From NCBI GenBank assembly GCA_021513695.1, contig CP084166.1, positions 960,001 through 1,024,000 on the forward strand: a stretch of DNA of 64,000 bases, given 5' to 3'. The notes under the pieces are model-generated. The model was given only the letters and a program-made list of their open reading frames with translations. It had not been told where the DNA came from and did not search any database. This document shows positions 50,842 to 60,049 of the stretch, piece after piece (within the stretch, counting starts at the first letter, position 1; each line of letters opens with the position of its first letter). The DNA comes from Candidatus Heimdallarchaeum aukensis (GTDB lineage: Archaea; Asgardarchaeota; Heimdallarchaeia; Heimdallarchaeales; Heimdallarchaeaceae). The position numbers and the translations under genes were made by a program.

Positions 50842-51107
50842 GATATTTTTAGTTAATTTTTTTATCATTCTTTTATTTGAAAAAATAAGTAATACAAAAA
50901 AGAAAATGTATTACGACTTGTTTTTGATTTATCAACTCTAAGCCTATTTAAAAAAATCTTTTAATTAGGAAAAACTATTTTAATGGAATAAAGTGCTTTT
51001 TCAAAAAACTATGTAGTTGAGTGTGGTGCATATAAAATAAATATTTGTGGAGTAACTTTTTACTTTTGTGCATGGTAAGGTTTATAAAAATTTAATAAAA
51101 AAATAAC

Positions 51108-51368
51108 TTGATGATGCAAACGAAGTTTCCTATTCCTTACTCAACGGACAGTGAAAGAGAAGAATTTATTGATCATATGTTTTGCCCTATTTGTAAACTG
51201 TCAAGCAAAAAAGATATTGTCTCTAAGTCCGAGTTAGAAGAGCAAAGAATTACCTATATTGTATTCACTCTTCGTTGTGATAACTGTGATAAACTGTATG
51301 AAGTAACTTTTTTTGACGAAAATCAAATAGATTCAATTGAAAAATTGAAAACTTATTCATTTTATTAA
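51108..51368 (+). CDS. Small zinc-ribbon protein (CPICK…CDNCD).
   Basis: Two CxxC pairs in 86 aa. Confidence 0.35.
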   Translation: MMMQTKFPIPYSTDSEREEFIDHMFCPICKLSSKKDIVSKSELEEQRITYIVFTLRCDNCDKLYEVTFFDENQIDSIEKLKTYSFY

Positions 51369-51613
51369 CTTCTAATTTTATTCATATCTCTAAATCTATT
51401 AAGTTGTTCTTCATCATAGAATTTCAAAGGAAAAACTACAAAAAAATAATTTCACCTGATAATGGTCAAATTAAAGGTGTAGTTCTCTTCTTCTTTCTTT
51501 TTTGTTGTAAACAACAACAATGATTACTTGTTTTACACTTTGGACAATACATTCTGATCTTTAACTATATGAATTTTTCATTTGTTCCTTTATATGTTTA
51601 AGTAAACACAAGC

Positions 51614-52264
51614 TTATCTCCAGTCAAAATAAACTGAACTAAACTTTTCTGGAATTTCGATATTGTTAAGTAAAATAATGTCGAAACTTAATTTCTTAGG
51701 GAAAAATACAAAGTTAGCTTTTTGTAAAGGCTTAGAGTTATAATACGGAATATAAGGAGATTGTAATCCAACCCATCCTTTTGCATTACTTGTTTCTGAT
51801 AAGTACAGACTTAAATCTTTTGCTTCTTGTATAGATAGGTTTTTTATGTGGATAATGTCGATCCAACCAAAGGGAATAGAATTCCCAAAACCTGCTAATT
51901 GAAATTCCCAAGCAAGCATGAATCCTTTAACTTCTTTATTTTTTTCATAAATAACACAATTAGTAATTGGTTGTTCTAGTAACCATTTAAAATCTTCAAA
52001 GTTTGGCTCTATAGATGCGTTAAAATCTTTAGTTAGATTAGTAATCAACTCAAATAAAATAGGGATATCATCTTTTCTAAATTTCCTAAGATTTGCTCTG
52101 TTTTTTATTTTCTTATTCTTTTCTTTCAATTTGAAAAAATATTTTTCGTAAAATTTTAGTTTAACAACTTTTGAAACCTTTTCTGAATTGAAAACCCTAA
52201 TGATGAACTTGTTAGTTTCATATGGACGAAAAACTTGAAAACTTTTTTCTCTAGCAACTGACAA
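51614..52264 (-). CDS. Hypothetical protein (216 aa).
   Basis: ORF with protein-like composition. Confidence 0.4.
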   Translation of the reverse strand: MSVAREKSFQVFRPYETNKFIIRVFNSEKVSKVVKLKFYEKYFFKLKEKNKKIKNRANLRKFRKDDIPILFELITNLTKDFNASIEPNFEDFKWLLEQPITNCVIYEKNKEVKGFMLAWEFQLAGFGNSIPFGWIDIIHIKNLSIQEAKDLSLYLSETSNAKGWVGLQSPYIPYYNSKPLQKANFVFFPKKLSFDIILLNNIEIPEKFSSVYFDWR

Positions 52265-52345
52265 AGCTGTATCAATTCCATGTTGTAGGTTTTTTGGGCT
52301 TAATTCCTAGAGAATTTAGGATAAAGAAAGAAACTTACAAATTTG

Positions 52346-52699
52346 CTATTCCTGCTTGGTTAGCTGTACATCACCAACATAGAAGAAAAGGTTTAGCAAA
52401 AATGATGGGCAAAAAGATGCTTGAGATTGCTCAACAGGAATCATTTGATGGAGGTCTTGCTTTATTTGAACCAGAACAACATCGTTTGTTTTCTTGTAAA
52501 CAGCTCTAACAAAATAGTTTTTCTTAACTGTTGGAGAACCAAAAATTAACTTTATAGTTTTACCAGAAAAAAGAATAGAAGCTCCTTCTTCAATAGCTGC
52601 AGGGTCAGATAAGAAAGATTCAGAGAGTAGATCAGCTATTTTATTGTATTCTTTTTCTTCCAGCGTATATTGTTCTATTAGATAATCCTCATTATTCAT
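52346..52699 (-). CDS. Hypothetical protein, with its start placed at MNNEDY.
   Basis: The protein-like portion begins at 52699. Its 3' third overlaps a plus-strand ORF carrying a GNAT-like motif, so the extent is uncertain. Confidence 0.3.
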   Translation of the reverse strand: MNNEDYLIEQYTLEEKEYNKIADLLSESFLSDPAAIEEGASILFSGKTIKLIFGSPTVKKNYFVRAVYKKTNDVVLVQIKQDLHQMIPVEQSQASFCPSFLLNLFFYVGDVQLTKQE

Positions 52700-52920
52700 C
52701 TGTTTCAAAAACTTGAAGTTGTTTTTATTTTTTTCTCGATTTAAGAAAAAAGAGAAGTCAAAGATTTTTACAATTGAACAGTAATAGTCTAAGTTCGACA
52801 ATAATAGTCTATATCCGATAGTAATAATAAACACTTTATTAATACAACGATAAATTGAAAAGTTTTATATTTGTGTGTTATTTTATTAAAGTGGCAAAGA
52901 AAAATAAAGGAAGAAGAAAA

Positions 52921-53361
52921 GTGATTGAGTCAGTCTATATTATTTCCCGAACAGGATTACCTTTACTTTATGTAGATTTTGTTTCACAAGAAGATGATGT
53001 AGATGCCGTAACTTTATTTTCTGGAATAATTTCAGCGATACAAGTAGCAATGGCTGAAATTGATGTAGGTGTTCCGTCATTCTTTGATACAGAAAAAAAT
53101 GAAATCTTCATGAATGTAACAGAAAAATTTGCTATTGCTGTAGTAAAAAACCAAGAACCAATAGATAGAAATGAAATGAATAAACTAATGGATCAAATTC
53201 AAACCCTAGTATCATTTGATCAAGAAGTGGAAGATTTTAGTACCATTAGTGATGAAACAAAAAATAAAATTTCCAAAAAAATAAGGGAAATAGTTAATAA
53301 CTGGGAAGACTATATTAGCGAGAGAGAAGCAACAAAAAGAATAACGGAATCATTATGGTAA
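52921..53361 (+). CDS. Roadblock/LC7 (MglB-like) domain protein.
   Basis: 'VIESVYIISRTGLPLLYVDF…DAVTLFSGIISAIQVAMAEIDVG…EIFMNVTEKFAIAVVKN' follows the roadblock beta-alpha-beta-beta pattern. GTG 52921 is the likely start; the ORF track gives 52855. Confidence 0.55.
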   Translation: MIESVYIISRTGLPLLYVDFVSQEDDVDAVTLFSGIISAIQVAMAEIDVGVPSFFDTEKNEIFMNVTEKFAIAVVKNQEPIDRNEMNKLMDQIQTLVSFDQEVEDFSTISDETKNKISKKIREIVNNWEDYISEREATKRITESLW

Positions 53362-53378
53362 AAAGGTGAAAAATACAA

Positions 53379-54122
53379 ATGGTTGTCTGGCAAAATAAAA
53401 TTCCAATAAGTTCTATAATCTTTGAACTAGTGGTTGTTATTGCGCTAACTTTTATGGTAATAACAATTTTTGCAAGGTATTTTGCAAAAAGAAAAAAACC
53501 TGTGTTATATCTGGCTTTAGCATACCTGTTTTACGATCTTGCAACTTTAACAAGCTGTATCGGTCGGTGGTTAGGTTATTTCTCTTCAATTCCCTATACC
53601 GAGTTCTCATATACTGACTTTACAACCTTATTTGCATATGTGCTAATGGCTATAGCGAACGTATTTATTGCTGCATTTATTGACACAATATTTATTCAAA
53701 AAGGAGTAGATTTTGTCGCATTCTTTGCTATATTGAGCGGAATAATAATAGGTATGATAGTCCCTATACTGAATTTTGAATGGGGAAACATGAGATCACA
53801 TGTCTTAATAGTATCTTACCATTTAATACTTTCAATATTAATATTTCTAATACTAGCAATTGTGTCTTTAAGAGAAGCTAAAATGAATAAAAAGAAAATA
53901 GCAAAAATAGGTTTCGCTCTAATTGGAACCTATGCTATATTCATGATTCTATTATTTGTTTCATTTACATCAGATTCACTGCTTATAACTTATGTAGACG
54001 CATTTTCAAAGGGATACTCTCCTGCATATTACTTTGGATGGACACTTTTAGTTATAGGATCAATAATAGGTTATCTTGGACTAATTATGCCTAAATGGTT
54101 CGTAAAGATGCTTAAGTTATAA
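53379..54122 (+). CDS. Seven-TM membrane protein.
   Basis: Seven hydrophobic helices of ~20 aa counted by eye; 4-nt gap to the roadblock gene. Confidence 0.5.
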   Translation: MVVWQNKIPISSIIFELVVVIALTFMVITIFARYFAKRKKPVLYLALAYLFYDLATLTSCIGRWLGYFSSIPYTEFSYTDFTTLFAYVLMAIANVFIAAFIDTIFIQKGVDFVAFFAILSGIIIGMIVPILNFEWGNMRSHVLIVSYHLILSILIFLILAIVSLREAKMNKKKIAKIGFALIGTYAIFMILLFVSFTSDSLLITYVDAFSKGYSPAYYFGWTLLVIGSIIGYLGLIMPKWFVKMLKL

Positions 54123-54239
54123 TTAAATTAAATAAAATATAAAATCACTTTTTTCTTTTTTTTTAATATTACTTCATTATTCATGAGTTGAAATTTTACT
54201 TAATTTCTTCAGGACTCTACCCAACCAGTCAACAAACAT

Positions 54240-54400
54240 ATCGAAAGTTGTGAGGACTGGGTTAAGAGAACATGAAAGACACAGTCTTAATTAAGTTCTC
54301 TAGGGGGTTCATCTCCTGATTCCGGGCACTCATCACTCCCACAGGGAAGACCGGGTGTCGTAGGAATGAAACCTACGTCTTTAAGCATCTAGCTCAAGAC
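54240..54400 (+). ncRNA. Candidate structured ncRNA: a GC-rich island (~55% GC against a ~30% background) with hairpins. Identity and strand unknown.
   Basis: GC count of 39/70 for 54291-54360. Hairpins CGTAGG-AATGAA-ACCTACG (54359-54377) and GACTG…CAGTC (54255-54285). No ORF. Confidence 0.3.
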
Positions 54401-54593
54401 ACTATATAAATGATAATTGATTATATAAAGACAGCTGAAAAGTCTTGACACTCCCCCATATCGTGTAATCTTTCTAATAACTCCACAAACTAAAAATTTA
54501 GTTCTTTACGTAAAAAAGTATTTCATCTATATTTGTGTTAAGCAAAAATGGTTGATGAAACATATTCTTTATAAAAGTTAATGTGAAAGATAA

Positions 54594-55313
54594 ATGCGTA
54601 ATGTGGGTTTTATGAACAAATCATCCGTGAAAAGAAATTTAATGATTGTAAGAGAACAGGATGTTGTTGTTACTGGCGGTGTGGTTTTTATTGGAGATGG
54701 ACATACTGGCAAAACGCATACAGCTCTTAATCTTGTAAGAAATAAGGATAGATATAAGAAAACAGACTTGATCTCGAAGTCAATAAATGTAGAATTTGAC
54801 TATTTTGTTTATCAATCTAATTACCAACAGTATAAATTTACAATAAGTGCACAATTGTTTATATTTCCCGGGCAAAAAGGACGAGCGAAAAAAGGAGAAG
54901 GGTTAGCATTTGAGGATGCTCTAGACCTGTATTTTGATGTTAGAACGGTGAAAGAGGTTATTGTTCTAATACTAACTTTCAATCTTACAGATATAGCTAC
55001 ATTTCAAAACTTAGAATATTGGGTTAAAACAGCTATAGAGAATAATTTAGTCTCAGAAGCAACTAACATAATTTTGTTAGGTACTCACTACGATAAGAAA
55101 TCAAACATTGCTGTGAATGAAACAGATATTATACATGGAAAAAAATTTGTTCAAGAACAAATTGCTAATGAATTGAATATTGATTTTCCTCTGAAACAGA
55201 TCACTGAAGTGAATATATCAAATTTGACAGAAGAAGGTATCGAAAATTTAATTGGAGCGATTATAGACGCTTTTTTCAACGTTTTTAATATAGATGAGTT
55301 TAATTTAATTTAG
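54594..55313 (+). CDS. Divergent small GTPase (Ras-superfamily-like).
   Basis: P-loop 'GDGHTGKT'; G3-like 'IFPGQ'; G4-like 'LLGTHYDKK'; G5-like 'ISNL'. Confidence 0.6.
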   Translation: MRNVGFMNKSSVKRNLMIVREQDVVVTGGVVFIGDGHTGKTHTALNLVRNKDRYKKTDLISKSINVEFDYFVYQSNYQQYKFTISAQLFIFPGQKGRAKKGEGLAFEDALDLYFDVRTVKEVIVLILTFNLTDIATFQNLEYWVKTAIENNLVSEATNIILLGTHYDKKSNIAVNETDIIHGKKFVQEQIANELNIDFPLKQITEVNISNLTEEGIENLIGAIIDAFFNVFNIDEFNLI

Positions 55314-55334
55314 AAATAAAAAAGGTAAAAAGAA

Positions 55335-58300
55335 ATGAAGTTTCAAAAGCATATAATAATCACAATAAATTTTTTATTAATTTTACAGTCATTGTTATAT
55401 ATTCAAAATATTAGCAATTCACAAAAAGATAGACAGAATATTACTCAGATTATCCCAGGAAACATTGAAAACAATCAACAAGAGAGTATTTATCATTCAG
55501 ATGTTTCCTCAACAAATGTACATACAACTCTTACTCAAGGAACAAACAAAACTTTTGGTTTCTTTACGCAAGATAGCTATGTAAATTTAGATTCTGATGG
55601 AAATGTGTTTCAATGGGAAAAGTATGATGTTGTAAAAGATACAGGTGATAATAGTGTTTATGCTGATTTTGCAATGGATTACTCTTATTCTTATACTTGG
55701 CCAAGTTCTCCTAATAGCTATGTTCCATTAATTGATATTGAAACAGGAACACAACTAGCTTCAACCTTTAGTCCTCCTTTTTCAGAGACTACTTATCTAT
55801 CAGGAAAAGTTTACTTCTTAACATATATTTCCACTTATGTATCAAGTTTTACCATTACTTTAACTCTCAGAATTCGATTGTGGTTATATAATCCTAATGA
55901 TGGAGGACTTACAGAAATTTTAACTATCGAATCTGTTCTTCCCGATAATTCTGATTTAACACAACGTGTTTATTCTTCAACTTTAGAAGATAAAGTTACC
56001 ATCCCCTCAGGTTATAGATTAAAAGTAACTTATGAAGCAAAAACGAGCAGAATAGATAGAGCTGCTTATGTTCATCTTGAAACTGGAGAATATTCAGATG
56101 GTGACCAAGTTAACTGGCAGATAAATGACGCAGAGTATTCTAACACTTATACTTTAAATGACGTTACTTCAGCTCTAGGTGTACAGTTGTATATGTATGA
56201 TGAAACATATCCTACTATTTCAATTTCTGGAGCAGAAAACAATACGATTTATTACGATACTAATGAAATAACAATCAGTACATCTGGAGCAGTAAGTAAT
56301 TCCTACAAATGGGACAGTAATTCATATACTGCTTTTGATCCTCCTGTGAATACAACTCTCCCTTCATCAACAGGTTGGCATTATTTGTATATTCAAGCAC
56401 TAGATGAATATGATAACAAAAATGAAGTAGTATACAAAATAGGCTATGAAAGTTCTAGCATAGTTTTACATAATGCAAACAATAATTCTTTAGTTCCAAA
56501 TAATTTTCTTCTTAACTTTAGTTTGTCTGGATACGATTCAGCGCAATATGCTTGGGATAGTGGAGGAAATTATACTTTTTCTGATCCTTATGACATTTCA
56601 GTACCAGATTTCTCAGGAGAGCACACACTCTATATTTATACAGTAAGCAGCTTTGGAGAAAATAAAACTGTTTATGTTTTTGAAGTTGATAACAGCCCGC
56701 CCTTAATCTCCTTAAGAGACTTAAGCAACGATACTACACAACCTACAAACAAGAAAATTGAACTGAATATTACAGATCAAACTTCAACTATTGAAGTTCT
56801 ATATAATTGGGATAATGTTGCTAATTCAACCTGGAGCCCATTAGAAGGAACAATCTACCAAACTTTTGCTCCAGATACTGATGGTTTTCATTGGCTCAAT
56901 GTATATGCAAACGATAGTTTTGGTCATATTATTGATGTACATTACAGATTTAATATTAGTTCAGACTATTTGCTGGTAGAATTAAGAACAATGATAAATG
57001 ACAGTTATTATTACGGAGGAAACACAGTTGAGGTTACGATTACAGGTACAAATGGGACAATAAAGTATCAGTGGGACTCAAATGGATTCAAAGATGGGGT
57101 AACAGTTGATTCAATCTTGTCTTTATCAGGTTCAGAATCATTACCGAAAGACCTTGGAGTGCATTATCTTACAATAATAGTTGGAGATGTAGATGACAAT
57201 CCCAAATCAACTTTGTTTAAATTTACAATTGACCAAGAAAATCCTGTAGTTTCTAATTTTGGAAATTACAATAATTCAAGATTACACAGTTCCACAATAA
57301 TTGATCTTGAAATAACAGATAATTTTACTTTAAGTAGTGAAATAGAAGCATGGGTATCAATAGATGGAGGAGGAAATATATCTTTTACGTATCCCTATGA
57401 TATTAAAATATCTTCTTTAGAAGATGGAGTTCATAATATTACTGTTTTTGCCTTTGATATTGCGCGAAATAATGTTTCTTGCTTAATAATTTTTGAAATT
57501 GATACGACAGCTCCAGAAATAGATATTGTTTCCATTCAAGGGTTAGAAGTTTCTTCTAGCGGTGTTTCATATATTCCCGGAAATGCAGCAATTGAATGCT
57601 CTTTTGTTGATGCAGACCCCGAAATTTATCACTTTTATTCATGGAATAACTCAGCTTTTACACTATTTGCTGGAAATACTTTTAATTTACCTGATACTGA
57701 TGGAAACGCAACCCTACGCATTTTAGCTAATGATACATTAGGAAATGAGAAAATTTTAACATTAGATCTTTTTATAGACACTACTCCTCCTCAATTGTCT
57801 ATACTGTTTCCTAATAACTACTCTAAAATCAATGAAGCGACACCTTTATTGTTTTTTGCTAATGATAGTGCAAGTGACACCATTTCTTCAATTTCTGCAA
57901 AATGGGACCAATTTCTAGAAGGAAAAATAGACCTTTCTCCACCTTATTTTACAATTTATTTATCAAGTCTTAAAAAACTCTATGAAGAGTTATCAGTTGC
58001 AGAGTTATATATTGATGCAAAAGATATTCTAGGAAATAATTTTACGTATATTTATTCATTTAATCTTGATTTTTCTCCGCCTTCCTACAATTTAGTAGGT
58101 GCCCAAAATAATACTTTTGTAAGAAGTGATACAATCCTTCAATTTGAAAATTTAAGTAATGACTTAATGAAGTTCGTTTATTATTGGGATTCTAATGATA
58201 TATCTATCTTAGATGATCCGTGGACTATATCAATACCAAATAATGATGGGGTACATAATCTTACAGTAATTCTTTACGATAACACAGGTGAGGGATATTA

Positions 58301-59942
58301 CCCAAATTGGGTTAAATCATTTTACACTTTTGTTGTTGATGATATTGGGATTGAAATTACTAGTCCGTCAAGTTTTTCCAATAATACAGAAGTTGGAATT
58401 GTATATAAACAATCATTTACCTTTTCTGTTGATGTCTACGATACAGCAGACAATCAAATTATAGATAATCTTAATTTTGTAATTTTAAACAATACACTGA
58501 ATCTAGAAATAGAGAATGAAACCTTAGATGGAAAAACATATACGATAACCATTCATGGTACAAATGTTGGATCAACAAGATTAATTTTTCAGTTTTCTAA
58601 GGGAAATTCGAATAAACATCAAATTGTTGTTCCTCTTACGATTGAAAAGAAAGAAGGAACAGTTTCATTGTTAGGGACAAGCGTCTTAAGCGTGATATAT
58701 GAAGAAAATTTCACTATAATACTGAATTTAGAGGATGAAAACTCTAATCTTTTAAATATTACCCGGGTGACTGTTAATGGTAGTTTAGTGAGCGATTTTA
58801 TCTATTTAGATGAATATCATGCTATACAATTTAATTATTCTTCAAGAGAAACAATAGGAAAAGGAGAATATAATCTGTTAGTTAATATTGAATCTAATTA
58901 TTACTATGGAGAAAAAATAATTGGCATTGAGGTTAAACCTATCCCTATTATTCTAAGTTTATCAGTCTCAAGTTATACTGTAATTGAAGGTTCTCAAGTT
59001 GCAATTACAGGAACTCTTACTTTTACAAATGGGACTCCGATACCTTCTATAACTCTATACTTTTCTATATATATAGTCTATAAGAATCAGTCCAATAATA
59101 ATGTCATGGCTCTGCCTTCAGAATACGGAAGTAAGGTTGTTTTCTCAGGATTAACTAATTCCTCTGGACAAGTAACGATTGCTTTTGAAATGACTTCAGA
59201 GATAGATTATATTTCAGTTGATTGTTCTTTTGGAGGGAGTAATATCTTTGACACAGTTTACTATGAAATGGAGGAATATATTTATTCTATACCTACTCCA
59301 AAACTTCCAACTTGGATATTATACACAATAATTGGTGGAAGTATTATATTGGCAGCAATAATCTCCTTTGTTGTTTATAAGCTTACTAGACCTAAACCAT
59401 TTGATGAGATATTAAATTCAATTTCTGATAATGATATCGTGATGAACATGACCCGTATCTGCCCTGGTGTTGTTCTATCAATCTTTGATCAACGCAAAGG
59501 TGCAATTCCATTAGTGTCTGATCATTCATTGGATTATAGTTACAGTGGAAGAATTAGGATAGGGCTTGAAAACTTTATGTTGAAAATTTCAGATCAAGCT
59601 TACTCTTCATTGGGCTTTGAAGAGCACCATTCTGGGCGTAGAACAGGAACAATTACTCTACCAAATGAAGGACTTGTAGGTTTTATTCATGGGATACAAT
59701 TGGAAAATAAAGCTGCGAGAGGAGGTTTTGAAAACCTTTCACTTATTGTGCTTGTAGAAAATGAGTACGGGACAATGTTACTTAGTTATCAAGAATACCT
59801 GTATCCCTTAATTGATGAGTTAATTTCCATGCTAAAAAATAAGAAACCGTTGGAGGATATTGAAGAACAATTATCGAATATACGTAGTCAAGCAACAAAA
59901 ACAGTTTTAGCTTCATTAGAATATGAAAATGCAATGTCTTAA
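55335..59942 (+). CDS. Giant (1535 aa) type-I membrane protein. It has a signal peptide, at least 7 extracellular Ig-like repeats each with a W-D-S motif, a single TM (59310-59390) and a ~180-aa cytoplasmic roadblock/longin-like domain.
   Basis: Repeated '…Y(K/A/Q)WDSN…' modules; TM 'WILYTIIGGSIILAAIISFVVYKL'; cytoplasmic '…ICPGVVLSIFDQRKGAIPLVSD…LSLIVLVENEYGTMLL…'. Confidence 0.6.
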   Translation: MKFQKHIIITINFLLILQSLLYIQNISNSQKDRQNITQIIPGNIENNQQESIYHSDVSSTNVHTTLTQGTNKTFGFFTQDSYVNLDSDGNVFQWEKYDVVKDTGDNSVYADFAMDYSYSYTWPSSPNSYVPLIDIETGTQLASTFSPPFSETTYLSGKVYFLTYISTYVSSFTITLTLRIRLWLYNPNDGGLTEILTIESVLPDNSDLTQRVYSSTLEDKVTIPSGYRLKVTYEAKTSRIDRAAYVHLETGEYSDGDQVNWQINDAEYSNTYTLNDVTSALGVQLYMYDETYPTISISGAENNTIYYDTNEITISTSGAVSNSYKWDSNSYTAFDPPVNTTLPSSTGWHYLYIQALDEYDNKNEVVYKIGYESSSIVLHNANNNSLVPNNFLLNFSLSGYDSAQYAWDSGGNYTFSDPYDISVPDFSGEHTLYIYTVSSFGENKTVYVFEVDNSPPLISLRDLSNDTTQPTNKKIELNITDQTSTIEVLYNWDNVANSTWSPLEGTIYQTFAPDTDGFHWLNVYANDSFGHIIDVHYRFNISSDYLLVELRTMINDSYYYGGNTVEVTITGTNGTIKYQWDSNGFKDGVTVDSILSLSGSESLPKDLGVHYLTIIVGDVDDNPKSTLFKFTIDQENPVVSNFGNYNNSRLHSSTIIDLEITDNFTLSSEIEAWVSIDGGGNISFTYPYDIKISSLEDGVHNITVFAFDIARNNVSCLIIFEIDTTAPEIDIVSIQGLEVSSSGVSYIPGNAAIECSFVDADPEIYHFYSWNNSAFTLFAGNTFNLPDTDGNATLRILANDTLGNEKILTLDLFIDTTPPQLSILFPNNYSKINEATPLLFFANDSASDTISSISAKWDQFLEGKIDLSPPYFTIYLSSLKKLYEELSVAELYIDAKDILGNNFTYIYSFNLDFSPPSYNLVGAQNNTFVRSDTILQFENLSNDLMKFVYYWDSNDISILDDPWTISIPNNDGVHNLTVILYDNTGEGYYPNWVKSFYTFVVDDIGIEITSPSSFSNNTEVGIVYKQSFTFSVDVYDTADNQIIDNLNFVILNNTLNLEIENETLDGKTYTITIHGTNVGSTRLIFQFSKGNSNKHQIVVPLTIEKKEGTVSLLGTSVLSVIYEENFTIILNLEDENSNLLNITRVTVNGSLVSDFIYLDEYHAIQFNYSSRETIGKGEYNLLVNIESNYYYGEKIIGIEVKPIPIILSLSVSSYTVIEGSQVAITGTLTFTNGTPIPSITLYFSIYIVYKNQSNNNVMALPSEYGSKVVFSGLTNSSGQVTIAFEMTSEIDYISVDCSFGGSNIFDTVYYEMEEYIYSIPTPKLPTWILYTIIGGSIILAAIISFVVYKLTRPKPFDEILNSISDNDIVMNMTRICPGVVLSIFDQRKGAIPLVSDHSLDYSYSGRIRIGLENFMLKISDQAYSSLGFEEHHSGRRTGTITLPNEGLVGFIHGIQLENKAARGGFENLSLIVLVENEYGTMLLSYQEYLYPLIDELISMLKNKKPLEDIEEQLSNIRSQATKTVLASLEYENAMS

Positions 59943-60049
59943 CAAATTTTTTATAGAAAAATAAAACTAATGCTTTTTTTATTTTTTATTTGCACCTAGG
60001 AAAATGTTATTTATTGTTAACGAACTATTGGTATAATAGGAGAAGCAAT

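Noticed and set aside
54301-54320. T-arm-like string GGGGGTTCATCTCC inside the GC-rich island, suggesting a tRNA.
   Set aside because: No complementary 3' strand for a T-stem (CCCCC absent). The loop lacks the conserved A58. No acceptor/anticodon arms could be built, so it is not called as a tRNA.
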